Shown: one piece after another, positions 24,690-38,159 of the stretch
Position numbering within the stretch: position 1 is the stretch's first letter
How the letters are laid out: every line of letters starts with the position of its first letter
DNA from: Octopus vulgaris
Lineage: Eukaryota
Assembly: GCA_951406725.2 (NCBI GenBank)
Contig: OX597820.1
Span: 79,732,001-79,796,000, forward strand
Direction: 5' to 3'
DNA: 64,000 nucleotides
Position numbers and translations under genes: made by a program
Notes under the pieces: model-generated
Told to the model about the DNA's origin: nothing
Seen by the model: only the letters and a program-made list of their open reading frames with translations
The model's database searches: none

Positions 24690-25718
24690 ATCCACTCTTA
24701 GCGACCCCCTTCCGATAAGTAACACCCTCTTGGTGTCCTGTACTCATATATGCGTGTATATGTACATGTAAAGGTAGGTACGTACATATATGTTTATATA
24801 TATGCATATGTTTTATTTCATTTATTAATATATTATATGACTAAACGCACGCACCCTCTTAAGTAAGATTGTTCTGTATATCAAGTTTTTGTCTTGATAT
24901 TAACTCTCACGCGCACTCTTCACCTTTCTGTCCCATCCCTATTCTTTGATTTTCTTTTTCCCCCACTTAACTTGTCTCTTCCTCTCTCTCTCATTCTTCA
25001 CTCTCTCTCTACCCCTCACCATTCTTCATGGTCTCCTGCAGCCATTCCCATTCTTCTCTCCCTTCCTCTTGCTCCTCCTCCCCCTTCCCGTCGTCCACCC
25101 GCGACGATACTTCCGCCCTGACTGTCTTTATTGACCTGGCTTTCAAGGTAACTGGACGACATTCTTCCTGTTCTCCTGTCGTTCACAAAAAATTCTGCGT
25201 TTGCAATACTTTTTTCGTTCGGCGTCAACAGCCCTTCTTATCTTGTTTTTCCCTGTCCTGTCTTTTACTGTTATATTTTTTTACTGTTTATATTTTTTTA
25301 CTGTTTATTTTTTTACTGTTTATATTTTTGTACTGTCGTTACTGTCCTATTTTTTTGCCATTTTTTTACCATTTGTTACCCCTCTGCGAAAAGATCTCAG
25401 AATTTTAATTGATTTGCTTTTCGCAGGAAGGAAAGTTTCTTGTCGAAGATACGTCTCGCTTTTATCCTTCGAAACGTAGAGTAGATGAAACCTTAGCGAC
25501 TGAAGAAGGGTTTTTTTCGTTGTGTTAATTGTCCTGTACTCCATTTTTTGTTGTTTTAAAAAATGTCCAGTTCCTTTGGTTTGTGTCTATGTTTTCGTTT
25601 CTCTTTGTGTTCGACGTCCCTTTGGTGTCCTGTACTCATATATGCGTGTATATGTACATGTAGAGGTAGGTACGTACATATATGTTTATATATATATGCA
25701 TATGTTTTATTTCATTTA

Positions 25719-25745
<27 letters not shown>
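24690..25745 (+). mobile_element. Non-coding PLE-like element with ~100-bp partial direct repeat, ending in (TA)n
   Basis: ggtgtcctgtactcatatatgcgtgtatatgtacatgta...ttcatttatta at ~24732-24828 and ~25624-25721; HHR 3' half cGAAAcgTA at 25470-25478. Confidence 0.6.
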
Positions 25746-25750
<5 letters not shown>

Positions 25751-25852
25751 TCGGGGTGAGTACTTGATAATTATAAGCACCTGTGTATACCGTTTGGTGG
25801 TGTAGGTGGTGGAGTAAATTGATCAAAATAAAAACAAGATGCGAAGGATTCA

Positions 25853-25930
25853 GCGGTACATATGTTTCGGGCCTTTATTAGACAGATTTATAACAATGCA
25901 TAATGTATGTCTGTGGCCTTCTTCAGCCGC
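25853..25930 (-). ncRNA. Type I hammerhead ribozyme at the Naiad 3' end, canonical core
   Basis: gcgg-CTGAAGA-aggcc...ggccc-GAAA-catatg-TA-ccgc; A-C mismatch at the base of stem II. Confidence 0.8.
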
Positions 25931-27569
25931 GCACAACAGCTTCCACAAGGACATGTGTTACATAAAAATTCTTGGTTGGGGATGCAAATCCTCCCATTCG
26001 CGTACGACATAATGCGGCAGCAGCATAGAATTGAAGCGTCCATCTCTTTCTTCTCTCAATGTAGGATGAGGAAAAAAGGATGTTGAAGTAATGTAAATAA
26101 ATAAATAAATACATGTATATACGTGAAGATGGAGGGGCGAGAATTCAGGACGAGGGATAAAAAATGTATAAAAAGTGTAAGTATAGAAAAATATAAAAAT
26201 GTAGAGCATAAAGATATAAAGAGATATAAGGAGATGTAAAGGGGGTATAAAGAATATAAAGAAATATAAAGAAATATAAATAAATGTAAAGGCATAAGGT
26301 TATAAAGTAAAAATAGAAATAGAAATAAAAATAAAAGTAAAAAAACATGATAAAAATGTAACAAAATATAAAAAAATATAAAGATAAGGGATGTATAGAG
26401 GTTACGGACCAAGCATGGTGGTCAGGAGATTGATAAAATTTAGTTGTAGAATTGTCAGTAAATCAAGTTTCGTCTGGGGACCTAATGCGTTGTAAATCAG
26501 AGCTGTTGAGCGTTTAATCTGGTTCCTTGAATTATTTGGACTTCTAGTACATACATACCAACATGGATACATACACCCATATACACGCGTACATATACGC
26601 CTCCAAGCCTATAAGCATACACACGCACTCGCGTGTAAACATGCATATAAACACACACACACCCACACGCACGTGCGTACACATACATACATACAACAGA
26701 ATATCCGCATGTATACACGGACACTATACGTGTACACACTCACATGTACATACGCGCGCCCATCCCTACATACACACACGCATATGCCCACGCTTCCAGG
26801 TCTAGATATAAGATATTAAAGGATGTATATAAGAGCGTATGTAAGGAATCACGTCTATGCGTGCACGCACACACGGCTGTGTGTACGTATGTGCGTGCAC
26901 ATATACACCTACACACACACACAGAGACATATGGGTATAGCTATAAGATATCAAAATATGCATGTACATATATGCGCGCGTTTATGTATGCGTATACATA
27001 CGTACACGGACGCTCGTATAGTCAAAAGTGGATCTATAGGTAAGTAAATAAACATATATAGAGATGTAAAGCGATAAGTTAGGGGTAAGAATGAGGGTAA
27101 GGGTAAGAATTAGAAATAAAAGTAAGAAATACAGTATAAAATAAGAAATACAATGTAATAGTTAGAAATGAAATATAAAAATTATAAAAATTATAAGAGT
27201 TAAGGTAAGGGATGAAAATGAAAATGAGAATAAATGGAAGTAGAATAAGAGTAAAAATAAAAATAAAATAAAATAAGATAAAAATATAATTTAACATGAG
27301 ATGAAGGTGGTTGAAAGTTAGAGGTGTGTGTTAAAAGTGCCCACGTAGGGGCGGGCGGGGGGAACTGAAAATAGGAAGGGTGGGAAGCGGAGTTTGGCGG
27401 TGTGCGTTCAACATCCGAGTTAGAAATGTGAAAGGTTATAGATATAGGGAAGTAAAGAGACTATATAGGAAGGATATGGGTGTAGGAGAAGAAAATATTT
27501 AGGGAAAAGAAGTCATGTATGGGAGACAAAATTTGTATATATAGGAGGAAAATGCAGGGAAACATATAT

Positions 27570-27608
<39 letters not shown>

Positions 27609-27774
27609 TATATATATATATATATATATGTACATATACGTACACATATGTGCACATACATATACATACACACACACATACGCATATACACGCACATATA
27701 GGAAAGCGGGATGTGCTGGAGCCGACAGGTTGCACCGGGTGGGAGGAAATTGCATGGGGGAGTTGGTATAAAAC

Positions 27775-28206
27775 CTAAGCTTTGTAGTATTTGAAAGTAT
27801 TAATAAGTTTGTGTATACAGGATGGTTTGAACTCTGACCTTTTGTTAATAAGATTGTGTTTGTCTTTGAATTTCAAGATGTTCAGGAGTTCTACACAACA
27901 TAGTTGGCATCCTGCTCTATTATTTAAATAAGGTGCAGCTGATCCGATGATGGACCATCTGAGTTTGAAGCCTATACATTTGTCTTTTAATTCCCAAATT
28001 CTTTTAGAAAGGGAGGTGCTGTTAGCCTTATGTCTGTGTCTCAGCGAGGACCGGTGGTTGTAGTATCTGGATTTCCAGGAGGTTGAGCAACCAATATAGG
28101 TGAGTGTGTTAAACTGAGTACTCACCTCACATGAATATATTACGTTTTTCGCCCTACATGCGCCCTGCAGCGGGCACTCTGATGCACATCTGCAGTTGCA
28201 TCGCAT
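27775..28206 (-). pseudogene. Naiad-type GIY-YIG endonuclease domain (open frame within a decayed element)
   Basis: CNCRC..CPLQGAC..NVIYSC...YIGCS..WKSRY.NH..S..TSLSKRIWELK..CQLC.VE..I..LINKRSE..CIH. Confidence 0.88.
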
Positions 28207-29027
28207 TGCATTATTCGGTCGTGTGCTGCTAATCCCAGGCGGAGGTGTTGCAATACGAGTGGGGGCGTTGATATCCTCCTGGTTGTTGATGGGTGTAGTA
28301 TTTCCTCTGTTGTGTTGGCGGGTGTTATTACTAACTGTTTGGGTAGTATGGCTGCCAGTTTGGTTATATTGTCTACTGTCTAGATGAGGGGGGGTTCTGT
28401 TGGTCGCTATGGTTTGCTCTTGATCTAGCTGTTCTAATATTAATATAGTTATGTTTAGCTATGAGGCAGCTCATGTTGGGCAGGGTAGAGTAGGAAATCC
28501 TAATGGTTTTGTTGGAGAAGATACTTCTATACTTGTGGGTGGGTGGGAAGTTGTTGGAAATGATAGAGAATATTCTCTTACATAACTTACCCCTAACTGC
28601 TAAGTTGTAAGGTAAGTTGAACCATATATATTTGCGTAATACTATTATCCCTTCTATTTCTCCTAATAGGATCTATATTGCTCTCGTCGGGAGGGTTACT
28701 ATTGTGTGCTATTCTATTAGTTCGCCTATTTCCTATATGTTGTTTGGAGTTTAAATTAGAATTATCGCTAGTGTGAGTTGAGTGCTGAGTTCGATTATAA
28801 TTGGGAGTTTTATGGCAGACGGACGCTCCCGGGTGGTCTACATATGATATTCTCTGGTTATACCCGGCACTATAGAGAGCCTGGTTGTAGTGTTGTGCGT
28901 GATTATTGAAAATTTCTCTATTAGAGGATAGTTTTGTCAGTCTGTCTGAGATGGCTTGGACCGTGGTGCTAATTATACAGGGTGGATGGTTGGAAGAGGT
29001 ATGGATGTATTTGATATATATATATAG

Positions 29028-29230
29028 TTAATCCAAACATGAAAACACAAAGAGAAAACGTAACAACGCGAGGACGTGGAACAAATATAGTATTATTGGA
29101 CGCTCAGGAAGGAAGGGAAGAAGGAGGGTTTTTACATTTCGAGTGGAGCTCTTCGTCAGAAACATAAGAAAAGGAAAGATCCAGAGAAGGGAAGACGGAG
29201 GAAAAAAAATCGCCAACGGTACACACGCGG
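29028..29230 (-). mobile_element. Short PLE-derived pLTR fragment, same family as 53865-54058
   Basis: Shared caacgcg.ggacgtgg.aca...gacgctcagg...aaaatcgccaacg; adjacent to (TA)n. Confidence 0.7.
29128..29163 (-). ncRNA. Ultra-minimal hammerhead-like motif
   Basis: gttt-CTGACGA-a-gag ctcca ctc-GAAA-tg-TA-aaa. Confidence 0.65.
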
Positions 29231-29589
29231 ATATCGCCCGAAGAAATGAATGCATGAATATGATTCGCCCGATGTCCATTGATACTATGGACTGTATTAT
29301 AATCATCCCAGGAGTATGGACGATGATCTTAAGAAATATGTGATGGTGGAAACGCGCGTAGCGAAGAGTTAAAATATTTTAAAATTCCGACCATGGATTA
29401 TTATCATTATTACTATATTTATCCCACCTTATATCGGCACACCTCGGGGTGCGACCGTAAAATACCGCTTTTGCCAGTTGATATCAGGCATAATGCAATA
29501 AATAGGAGCTTTTATATACATATTCAAAACCTTTCCCGCAAACGAACTTAGAGGATACACACACACACACACATACATACATATACATA

Positions 29590-30730
29590 AAAAACAGTTC
29601 AGTACCGGTTTCAGTCATTGAGACTTTTTCAACTGTAAGTATGGAAAACAATTAAATTTTGGAAAAATTAAAAGAAAAGTTTTTTAAAAGAATATTTGCA
29701 TAGTATTCAAATACAAGAGGCATTTTCCTTGTTTCTGCCTGTCTCTGTCTCGTTTACTCCTATGTGTTCGAGGTCGTTGTGAATTCTTGGCAGAGAAGAA
29801 GAAGAAGAAGAAGAAAGAAGAAGAAGAAGAAGAAGAAGAAGAAGAAGAAGAAGAAGAAGAAGAAGAAGAAGAAGAAGAAGAGAGGAGAAGAAGAATGCGG
29901 GAGTGCCATGATAGTAGTAGGATGTTAAATGGTCAAGTGACCTGAAAGTGATTTGTTGTGGATGGTAGTTGTGATTGAATTCTTGAGACATCACTTTTGA
30001 ATGTATTGTTTATAATATTTGCGTAGGTGTTATTCTAAACAGCAGTAGTAGTCATAAAGTAAGGAAGGAGGTGGCGGAGAGGAAGACGACGAAGAAGGAG
30101 AAAGAGAAGAGAGAATAATAAGGGATGGTATGATAGTAGTAGGACGTTAAATGGTCAAGTAACATAAAATTGACTCGTTGTGGATTATAGCAGTGATTGC
30201 GAGTGCTTTTTAATGAATTCTTGGGTATCATTTGAATGTATCATTTTTAATATTTGCGTGTGTGTTTGTGTTATTCTAAGGCTGTGGTGGATATGGCATA
30301 TGCTGTAGACGCGTTCAAAAGGGGTCTGTATTTTGTAATAAAGAGAGTCCCTTTACTAATTCGTTGGCTACAGGTTGTATCGTCCCTGAACTGGTGGAGG
30401 GGAGAAATTCTGAAGTTTGGATTTTAGTTATGTCGATGTGTTGGCTGAATGCTGTTTTTCTGTTTTGGAGAATTTTGATCTGGGATCTGTGCAGAGCTAT
30501 TCTTTTACGTAGACTGTTTTTGTTTGGCCTATGCATTGCTCTTGACACTCTGAGCAGGTTAGTGCGCATATCAGGTTCTCTGAAGCACACGAGAAGCTGT
30601 TTTTCACTGTGAAACGTTGTCCTTGTTTGAAGGAGAACTCTGATCCCTCAATTAAATTGACGCATATCCAAGCTTCAGAATTTACCCCCTCTACCAATTC
30701 TAACTGGGTTCCCACCTGCAAGGTCATTTA
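29590..30730 (-). mobile_element. 5'-truncated Neptune-type PLE (decayed GIY-YIG plus 3' UTR with (GAA)n)
   Basis: CVNLIEGSEFSFKQGQRFTVKNSFSCASENLICALTCSECQEQCIGQT and LRKRIALHRSQI align with the EN at 16250-16490. Confidence 0.75.
29600..29635 (-). ncRNA. Minimal type I hammerhead-like ribozyme, U3:A8 core
   Basis: cag-TTGAAAA-agtc tcaat gact-GAAA-ccgg-TA-ctg; perfect 4-bp stem II; GUA site. Confidence 0.75.
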
Positions 30731-32359
30731 CTGTTCATTGTTGTTAGATATGAGGTCATCAAGTCACGCACATATGGTTGTGAGGCATGTACCTGGTATA
30801 CACTTATGAAGCAGGTAGTCATGATGGATCTATTGGACTTCGTATATTTGTACCCCAGCGTCACTTTGATGGCGTATGCTTCTCTCTCACTCAATAATAA
30901 TCTACAGTTATGTCTTCGAGTTATCCCAATTATTAAGACACAGCTCTCGGACTTTTTTTATTTGCACACTCTGATGATAACATTATGTAACACAATTTTT
31001 GTCCTGGGTAGCAATTATTTCCTATTTGTTTACCTCTAGAAAGTATGAAAACTGACTGAAAAGTGACTAACAAGGAATATGTGGCATTGAGCAGAATGCA
31101 TGTATGTACATCTTGAAATATTTGAATCCTTTTCTAGAAACAAGGAGCAAATTCCTAAAAATGATATAAAGCTCCATCGTTGGAATGTCGATAATGAAAA
31201 CAAATTCAGATTTTGAACCCGAGCAAAGACTTTCATATTTTAATTTTCCTCTTCGTGTTAAGTAACTCACAAATGTCGTAGATCCGTTTTCAGTATCAGC
31301 CATGATCGCATTAGCGGAATTTTACCTGGTCTAAGATATATTTTGTAATCTGGCCTGAATAATGCTTCATTGGTAAGTAAAATGTGTTTCTCTTTACCTA
31401 TAAATAAAGAAATACACCAATAAGTAATTTAGGCTCAAGGAGTCGGTATAATTGTGGAAGAAAACGTTCAAAACGACATTTTAAGCGGTCCTCGCACGTC
31501 TCATGATGATGGCGCCATATTGTATGTATGTATGTATGTATGTATGTATGTATGTATGTATGTATGTATGTATGTATGTATGTATGTATGTATGAATGTA
31601 TGTATGTATGTACAAGGGCCCGGGGACAGGGGTTGCAGCAGGTGCACCTGCACCCCTTGGAATTTTCAGGTGGTGCAAGATCAAAAGTTGAACCCCCTAT
31701 ATAATTTTACCAGTTTCAGAAAATAGTGTCTAAAAAGTTATCTGTATAAGATGCTTGAAGCTAGATTTCGTTTCAGAGCAAAAACAAAGAACAAAAATAA
31801 ATAAATAAAAGTGATGAAGCTGGGCTTAAAATTCCCAAGGGAATTTATGACTGACCAGCTTCTGAAGCAGAGTAGCGTCAAGAGAAAAAAATTATGTGAC
31901 AACAACAACAAACAGTAGCAGGAAACAACAAGAACACCAAACATGACCAGCATCTACGGCTACTTTGTTCTCTTTGTAGTTGATGTCGTTAAAGACTGAC
32001 GACATGGTTGAATGGATTCGACTGTTTGACCTCAGCCTAAACATAAAAGCCCTTTTAAAATTCTTTCAGTCATATCGGTTTTCTCATTTAGGTTGTTAGG
32101 TCCAAAGTTTGACAAGGGAACAAAATGATTTATTTGTGTTTGATATTTAATGCTCATTGTTAAATGCCTCGATATTTATTGTTCATTCGAAATACTAGTC
32201 CAGTTTAATAAAAAAACAATTTAAAAAAAGATTTTGAAAGGAAACATTTAACTATAAATGATTGCAGACCAACTCCGAAATTACCTAATTTGCGAAGAAA
32301 TGTATTCGACAATTTCAGACTAATCTATATAAAAAGGAAATATTAAAAGCATTACCTAC

Positions 32360-33280
32360 GCGGTTAACCACGAAGAGGTGCTTTTTTCGCTCTAAGTCTA
32401 ACCCTAGCTGAGGCCAGCATACGGGCTAATATGCTTTTGTTAAAAGCATATTTATTAATCTTAGCTGGTCCGAGGATTATATCCAGCCTGGAGCTAAGCA
32501 ACTGGAGTGGAGGGATACGAACGCTTCCTCGATACAACAAAAGACTTTCCCATACATCATTACCCGTCCAATTAGGGGAAAATAACATACTCGACTTTGT
32601 TCAATTCATTCCCACAGCTATTTCCAACCAAAGCATTATACAATTATCTGTATATGGTACAAAGATATATCCGACTCGCAGCATGGATTTCTACCCCGAA
32701 GATCTTGCCTAACAAATCTTCTCCTTCTTGAAGAATGGATTACAAGGACCATGGCTGAAAAAGACTTGGTGGGCGTGGTATCTTTGTACTTCGCATCGCC
32801 AGAAGGAATCTTTTCCTCATCCACCGATCCTTTCAAATGGACGTCTTTTATCCTGTATACATCACCCTAACTCGACCCATCCTCGAATATTGCATCCATA
32901 ACTCAAACCCATATCTCCAGAAAGACATCCAATACCTGGAACGGGTTCAACACTTGGCAACCCGAATGGGCGCGGAGCTTGTCTAAGCTTGCATAAGAGG
33001 AACAACACCCAACGGCTGGCATTGCCTTCACTCGAACGACGGAGGATGCAGGGAGATCTCATCCGGCTTTCAACATCTTCAACGGACATATAAACTTACC
33101 ATTTGCGGAGATTTTCACCCCAGCGCCGGATAGAGGTCTTCGTGGACATGATCGCAAACTCTATCCCCGACACTTTCGTTTCAACAGGCGGAAGGCTGTA
33201 TTCTCCGTCCGTATCGCAGCCCCGTGCATAATCCGTATCGCAGCCCCGTGCATAATCCAAACGAATTCTTTGATTCCACA
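32360..33280 (+). mobile_element. CR1/L2-group LINE 3' fragment with a ~24-bp tandem duplication near 33207-33258
   Basis: ttgccttcactcgaacgacggaggatgcagggagatctcatc = LPSLERRRMQGDLI; tccgtatcgcagccccgtgcataa occurs twice. Confidence 0.7.
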
Positions 33281-33289
33281 ACTCAAGTG

Positions 33290-34300
33290 CAGAGACTCAA
33301 CTTAAAATTAATATCATGGAAGTTGATATACTTGCGGCTATTAATGATTTAGACTCAAACTCAGCATCTGTACCAGATGGTATTCTAGTTATATTGCTAA
33401 AAAACGTGCAAAAACCGCCTCATGAAATCATTAAAGGTACTATTTCAAAAGTCGCCAGATACCTTCATATTTCCGAGACTATTGAAAGAAGCTATAATAA
33501 AACCTATATAGGTACAAATGAGGTAGCAGTGCTGAAGCTAAAAATTACAGACCTGTTTCTCTCACGTCTTACACGTCTAAAATTATCCAATGCCTTGTCC
33601 GAAGATAAAAGGTAATATCGTACCTGAGGGAAAACAACTTAGATGACACTCGGAATAGGTTTCGGAGTGAACGAAGTTGCCTGTCACAATTGCTTACAGC
33701 ATCATAACACTACCTCTAATAATCTCTTAAGAGGAAAGATCATTGAGTGTTAAAACCTTGATATTGTTAAGGCGTTTGACAAGACTGATCATGGAATCAT
33801 CTATCATAATTTAAGAAATCTTGGTATCACAGGAAATGTCGGAGAATGGTTCTTTAACTCCCTATACGGTATGGGTCAACTGCAAATAGATTTCTCTCTA
33901 AGTTACCTGTAATACGTCGTATACATAAGGGAACGAATTACACAAAAATATCGATGGCTAGGAGCTAAACCAGAAAAAATATGAAAATTAGTACTTCAAA
34001 ATTTCAGCATCTTCATTACAAACGAATTCACCCAAATCGCAATATTTGACACACGGTAACATAATGATTCAGAGCACTAACGACTTCTTTAAATGCAGCA
34101 AACTCATAGGCTGCATCCTACAAACATTCATGACAAGGGAACTGGTAGTTAGTTTTATATTTAGGGAAAACCCTAGTTCTGAGCAGTTTATATTACTGCT
34201 TACAATTTTAATCTTCTAACTCATCCGGTCTCATAGAAGAAATTGAAGGGTTACAAGGAACGTTCACTGGTAAAATACCTTCGGTTAAAAAGTCTTATTT
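33290..34300 (+). mobile_element. CR1/L2-group RT fragment, heavily decayed
   Basis: DLDSNSASVPDGI; LDIVKAFDKTDHGII..LRNLGITGNVGEWF. Confidence 0.7.
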
Positions 34301-34324
34301 ACCGACAATATCTGAAAGCGCTGA

Positions 34325-34705
34325 GTATCTGTGGTAAGTAGATTGCTGTGTGGTAAGTAGATTGCTTACTAATCACATGGTTCCGTGTTCAGTCCCACTG
34401 TGTGGTACCTTGGGCAAGTGTCTTCTACTATAACCTCAGGCCGACCAAAGCATTGTGAGTGGATTTCGTAGACGGAAACTGAAAGAAGCCCGTCATATAT
34501 GTTTGTGTGTCTGTGTTTGTCCTCCCCCACCATCTCTTGACAACCGATGTTGGTGTGTTTACTCTCCCGTAAGTTAGTGGTTCGGCAAAAGTGACCGATA
34601 GAGTAGGTACTAGGTTTACAAAGAATAAGTCCTGGAATCGGTTTGTTCGACAAAAGGTGGTGCTCCAACATGGCCGCAGTCAAATGACTGAAACAAATGA
34701 AAGAA
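34325..34705 (+). mobile_element. SINE family B
   Basis: Colinear with 7424-7830. Confidence 0.85.
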
Positions 34706-35339
34706 TATATATATATTACTCAAAGAAATTCCGACTTTGATCTTTACATTTTATTCACAATCTTATAGTGATGTAATATTAGATACGAGAATATAACGAA
34801 ATGATAGAATATTAAATGTCCATTCTGATTGAACTAGTACTTTCATGCATTAAACTATGCAATCTTCAGACTCATATAGTCGTGGTGACAGTTATGTTTT
34901 ACAATTTCTAACTGTAGTCAGTGGATAAGCTGTGTCCCAGAATGTTAAATTTAGCAAACTGTATTCTGACCAATCAGTGTGTGATTTTACTAATTTATTT
35001 AATTTGATTGTTTGGTTTAGGCGTCACGGTTTGTTGAACATGTCAAGAGACCTGTGTTTTGACTCTGGCCAAAAGAGTAATTGTTGGTCTATTTTTAGAA
35101 ATGTTGTAAATACTATTTCCCAGGGATTTTTATATTTCAGTTATCGCCATCATCATTATCATCTCCTTTATTATTGTTGTCGCTGTTGGTGGCGGTGGTG
35201 GCGGTAGGAGTAGCTGTGGTAATAGAACTTTAAACCCGAAAATAAGATTATTTTTACTGACTTTTAGCTGGTATTTTCATGCTATCATCATAATGAGCAC
35301 CTTTAGTGTTGTTAGTGGTCGTAGCAGTAGAAAGAGTAC

Positions 35340-36200
35340 CTCTAAGTATTATTATTATTGTTTATTTAGCTTGGTTTGAAATTTATTAATAAAGTTCTTT
35401 TCTCTGATTTTTCTCTCAATTTCACTTGGACTGTATAGTTTGTAGAATGAAAATATATTTTCCGTCTGCATTTAGCTAGCTGGTTACTCAAAGGTATCTG
35501 ACGGACATCTGGGTCTCTAATTTGTGTCGGTGCACACGTGAACGTTCTGATAGTGCATTTTCAGTCTGTCCATATAGAGTTCTTCACAATTTAGGCATTT
35601 GGTGCAGTAAGTAAAATTTTTATTTTTGTGAATATTTGATGCAGTAAATTAAATATTTGCTTTTGAATATTTTCCCTGCTTTTGTGTTCCTATATTGGCC
35701 GGTATGAATGAATTGGCACGTGTGCCACATCGGCTATCACTGCATTTAGATACAGTGAATGACTGGTCTTCTTTTGCTAAGGTCAAACTTTGCCTTTTAA
35801 TAATTTTTTTCAAGTTTTTAGACTTTTACTAAGAACCATAGTTCGATCTGTGATTATATCTTTTAATTCATTTGAGCAATGGTTGGTAGGTTTACTTTGG
35901 CAATGTTGAAGATATTCTGGTGACATGGGTTGTGTGTCACTATAAATGGTATGACCTGTTCCAGTTATCCTCTTCTTTCGGTTGTTCTCAGTTGTTGTAT
36001 GGGTATTTTTATAGCTCGCTGTATGCCATTTTCTATAAGTAGAGTACAAAGTATGGAATGTTGCGTTTTGTATGTGGTGGATAGCATGACTTACAATTCA
36101 GGTATTGATGTGCGTCCGTGTGTTTGTGGTATATATCTGTGGTAATGGTGGTGTCCTTTTTAATTGCCATTCTATCTAGGAATGGTAATTTGGTACTACT
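35340..36200 (-). mobile_element. Neptune-type PLE fragment (RT thumb to EN), decayed
   Basis: KLPFLDRMAIKKDTTITTDIYHKHTDAHQYLNCKSCYPPHTKRNIPY matches the thumb region of the RT at 16247-17842. Confidence 0.8.
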
Positions 36201-36352
36201 CATCTCTTTTGTAGGTTCAGGAGGATATATACAGCTGAGCAAGGTGAAATGAAATGTTTTGCTCAAGAACATAACGTGCTGCCTAGTCTGGAGAGTCGAA
36301 CCAGCGACCTAGTGATCGTGAATGCAACGCCCTAACCACTAGGCAACGCACC

Positions 36353-36432
<80 letters not shown>

Positions 36433-36716
36433 TATATCGCAAAATGCTCATAGGTATTGTTGCAACTATTTTTTAGTCAAGGAGACATATGGTTGAAGAC
36501 ATTGCTTTTATGACCATCTTGTTTATATTTCTAGCAGTGTATCTAGTATTCTTTTGTAAGAAAACAGTGATCTGAGGGAGATTTGAGGGAGACAAGGTTT
36601 TAGTCGGCCCGAGGCTATAGTACGAGACACTTGCTCAAGGTGCCATGCAGTGGGACTGAACCCGGAACCATGTAGTTGGGAAGCAAGCTTCTTACCACAC
36701 AGTCACATATATATTT

Positions 36717-36790
<74 letters not shown>

Positions 36791-36861
36791 GTATATATAT
36801 GTGTGTGTGCATGTATGTATATGTGTAAATGTGTGTGTGTATAGATAGATAGATATACATA

Positions 36862-36961
<100 letters not shown>

Positions 36962-37412
36962 GTAAATATGTGTGCGTGTGTGTATGTACATTTATTCTAT
37001 ATTTGGTATGAAACAGTAAATTGTTATTTTTTTACAAAAGATATGAATTAACTCTAAAACGTCTTTTTACGAAAAATGGAATTTTTTGAAGAATAAATTT
37101 CAAGGGTGTGTTTCCATTCCTTATTGAATCTAAATCACTAATTAATGTAGAAAGATAAGATCCGAAACTATGTCATATAGCTTTCCCTCAACCGCTACAA
37201 ACATAGGTCATTAAAAAATTCCTTGCCACTTATTATTTGTAAGCGTTGTTTTATTTTCTGTGTAGAAAACAGCAGATAACGAATAAGAAATAGCCAATAT
37301 GATAAAAATTTGGAACAAACAATCTGAGTATGCATACCACATCACACCACACACTGTAGATATAAAGTACCAACGATGTGCTCTCTATACGGTGACTCAA
37401 CTGGAAAGAAAT

Positions 37413-37801
37413 GGATGGGAAGCACTCCGTCGGTTACGACGACGTGGGCTCCGGTTGATCCAAATCAACAGAACAGCCTGCTCGTGAAATTAACGTGTAA
37501 GTGGCTGAGCACTCCACAGACACGTGTACCCTTAACGTAGTTCTCGGGGATATTCAGCGTGACACAGAGAGTGACAAGGCCGGCCCTTTGAAATACAGGT
37601 ACAACAGAAACAGGAAGTAAGAGTGAGAGAAAGTTGTGGTGAAAGAGTACAGCAGGGATCACCACCATCTCCTGCCAGAGCCTCGTGGAGCTTTATGTGT
37701 TTTCGCTCAATAAACACTCACAACGCCCGGTCTGGGAATCGAAACCGCGATCCTATGACTGCGAGTCCGCTGCCCTAACCACTGGGCCATTGCGCCTCCA
37801 C
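37413..37801 (-). mobile_element. SINE family C, full-length, 13-bp TSD
   Basis: TSD actggaaagaaat at 37400-37412 and 37802-37814. Confidence 0.9.
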
Positions 37802-38159
37802 ACTGGAAAGAAATAGCACACAAATCGCCCGCTTATCCCACCCTATTTACTAAATTTTTTTTTAGTCTAAGGACTTATAAAATGGGTTACGCGGTCACCA
37901 TGGCATATAAGTGATCGAGATCACAACATTTCCCTTGAATAGTCCGTTGCAGAGTTCATGGTCAGCAATTGACTTCAGTACCTGGTTGATACTCAATTTT
38001 ATCGATCTCAGAAGGACGAAAGGCTAAGTTGACCGCGGTGGGGTTTGAACTCAGATTTGGAAGAAATGCCTCTGTCAAAGCACTGCCTCTGTCTAAGCAC
38101 TGTCAAACGATTCTGTTGGTTCGCTGCCTGATAGAAACATTCAATGGGTTCTTATTATT

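Larger units (their letters stand above)
25746..29010 (-). mobile_element. Penelope-like retroelement, Naiad-type, 5'-truncated
   Basis: Decayed YIHTSSNHPP, RKYIWFNLPY and FPPTHKYRSIFSNKTIRISYSTLPNMSCLIAKHN upstream of the EN ORF; 3' HHR; TA tracts at both ends. Confidence 0.85.

Noticed and set aside
25465-25510. Permuted (type II) hammerhead from GAAAcgTA followed by CTGAAGA
   Set aside because: No stem I pairing between the two motifs; treated as a 3' half only
27775-28206. Selenocysteine-recoding Naiad
   Set aside because: The EN cysteines are ordinary codons in an open frame; no in-frame UGA at Cys positions and no SECIS recognised
29345-29372. GAAA-cgcgcg-TA as a hammerhead 3' half
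   Set aside because: No matching core or stem I upstream; the adjacent agagttaa looks more like a DNA-transposon end
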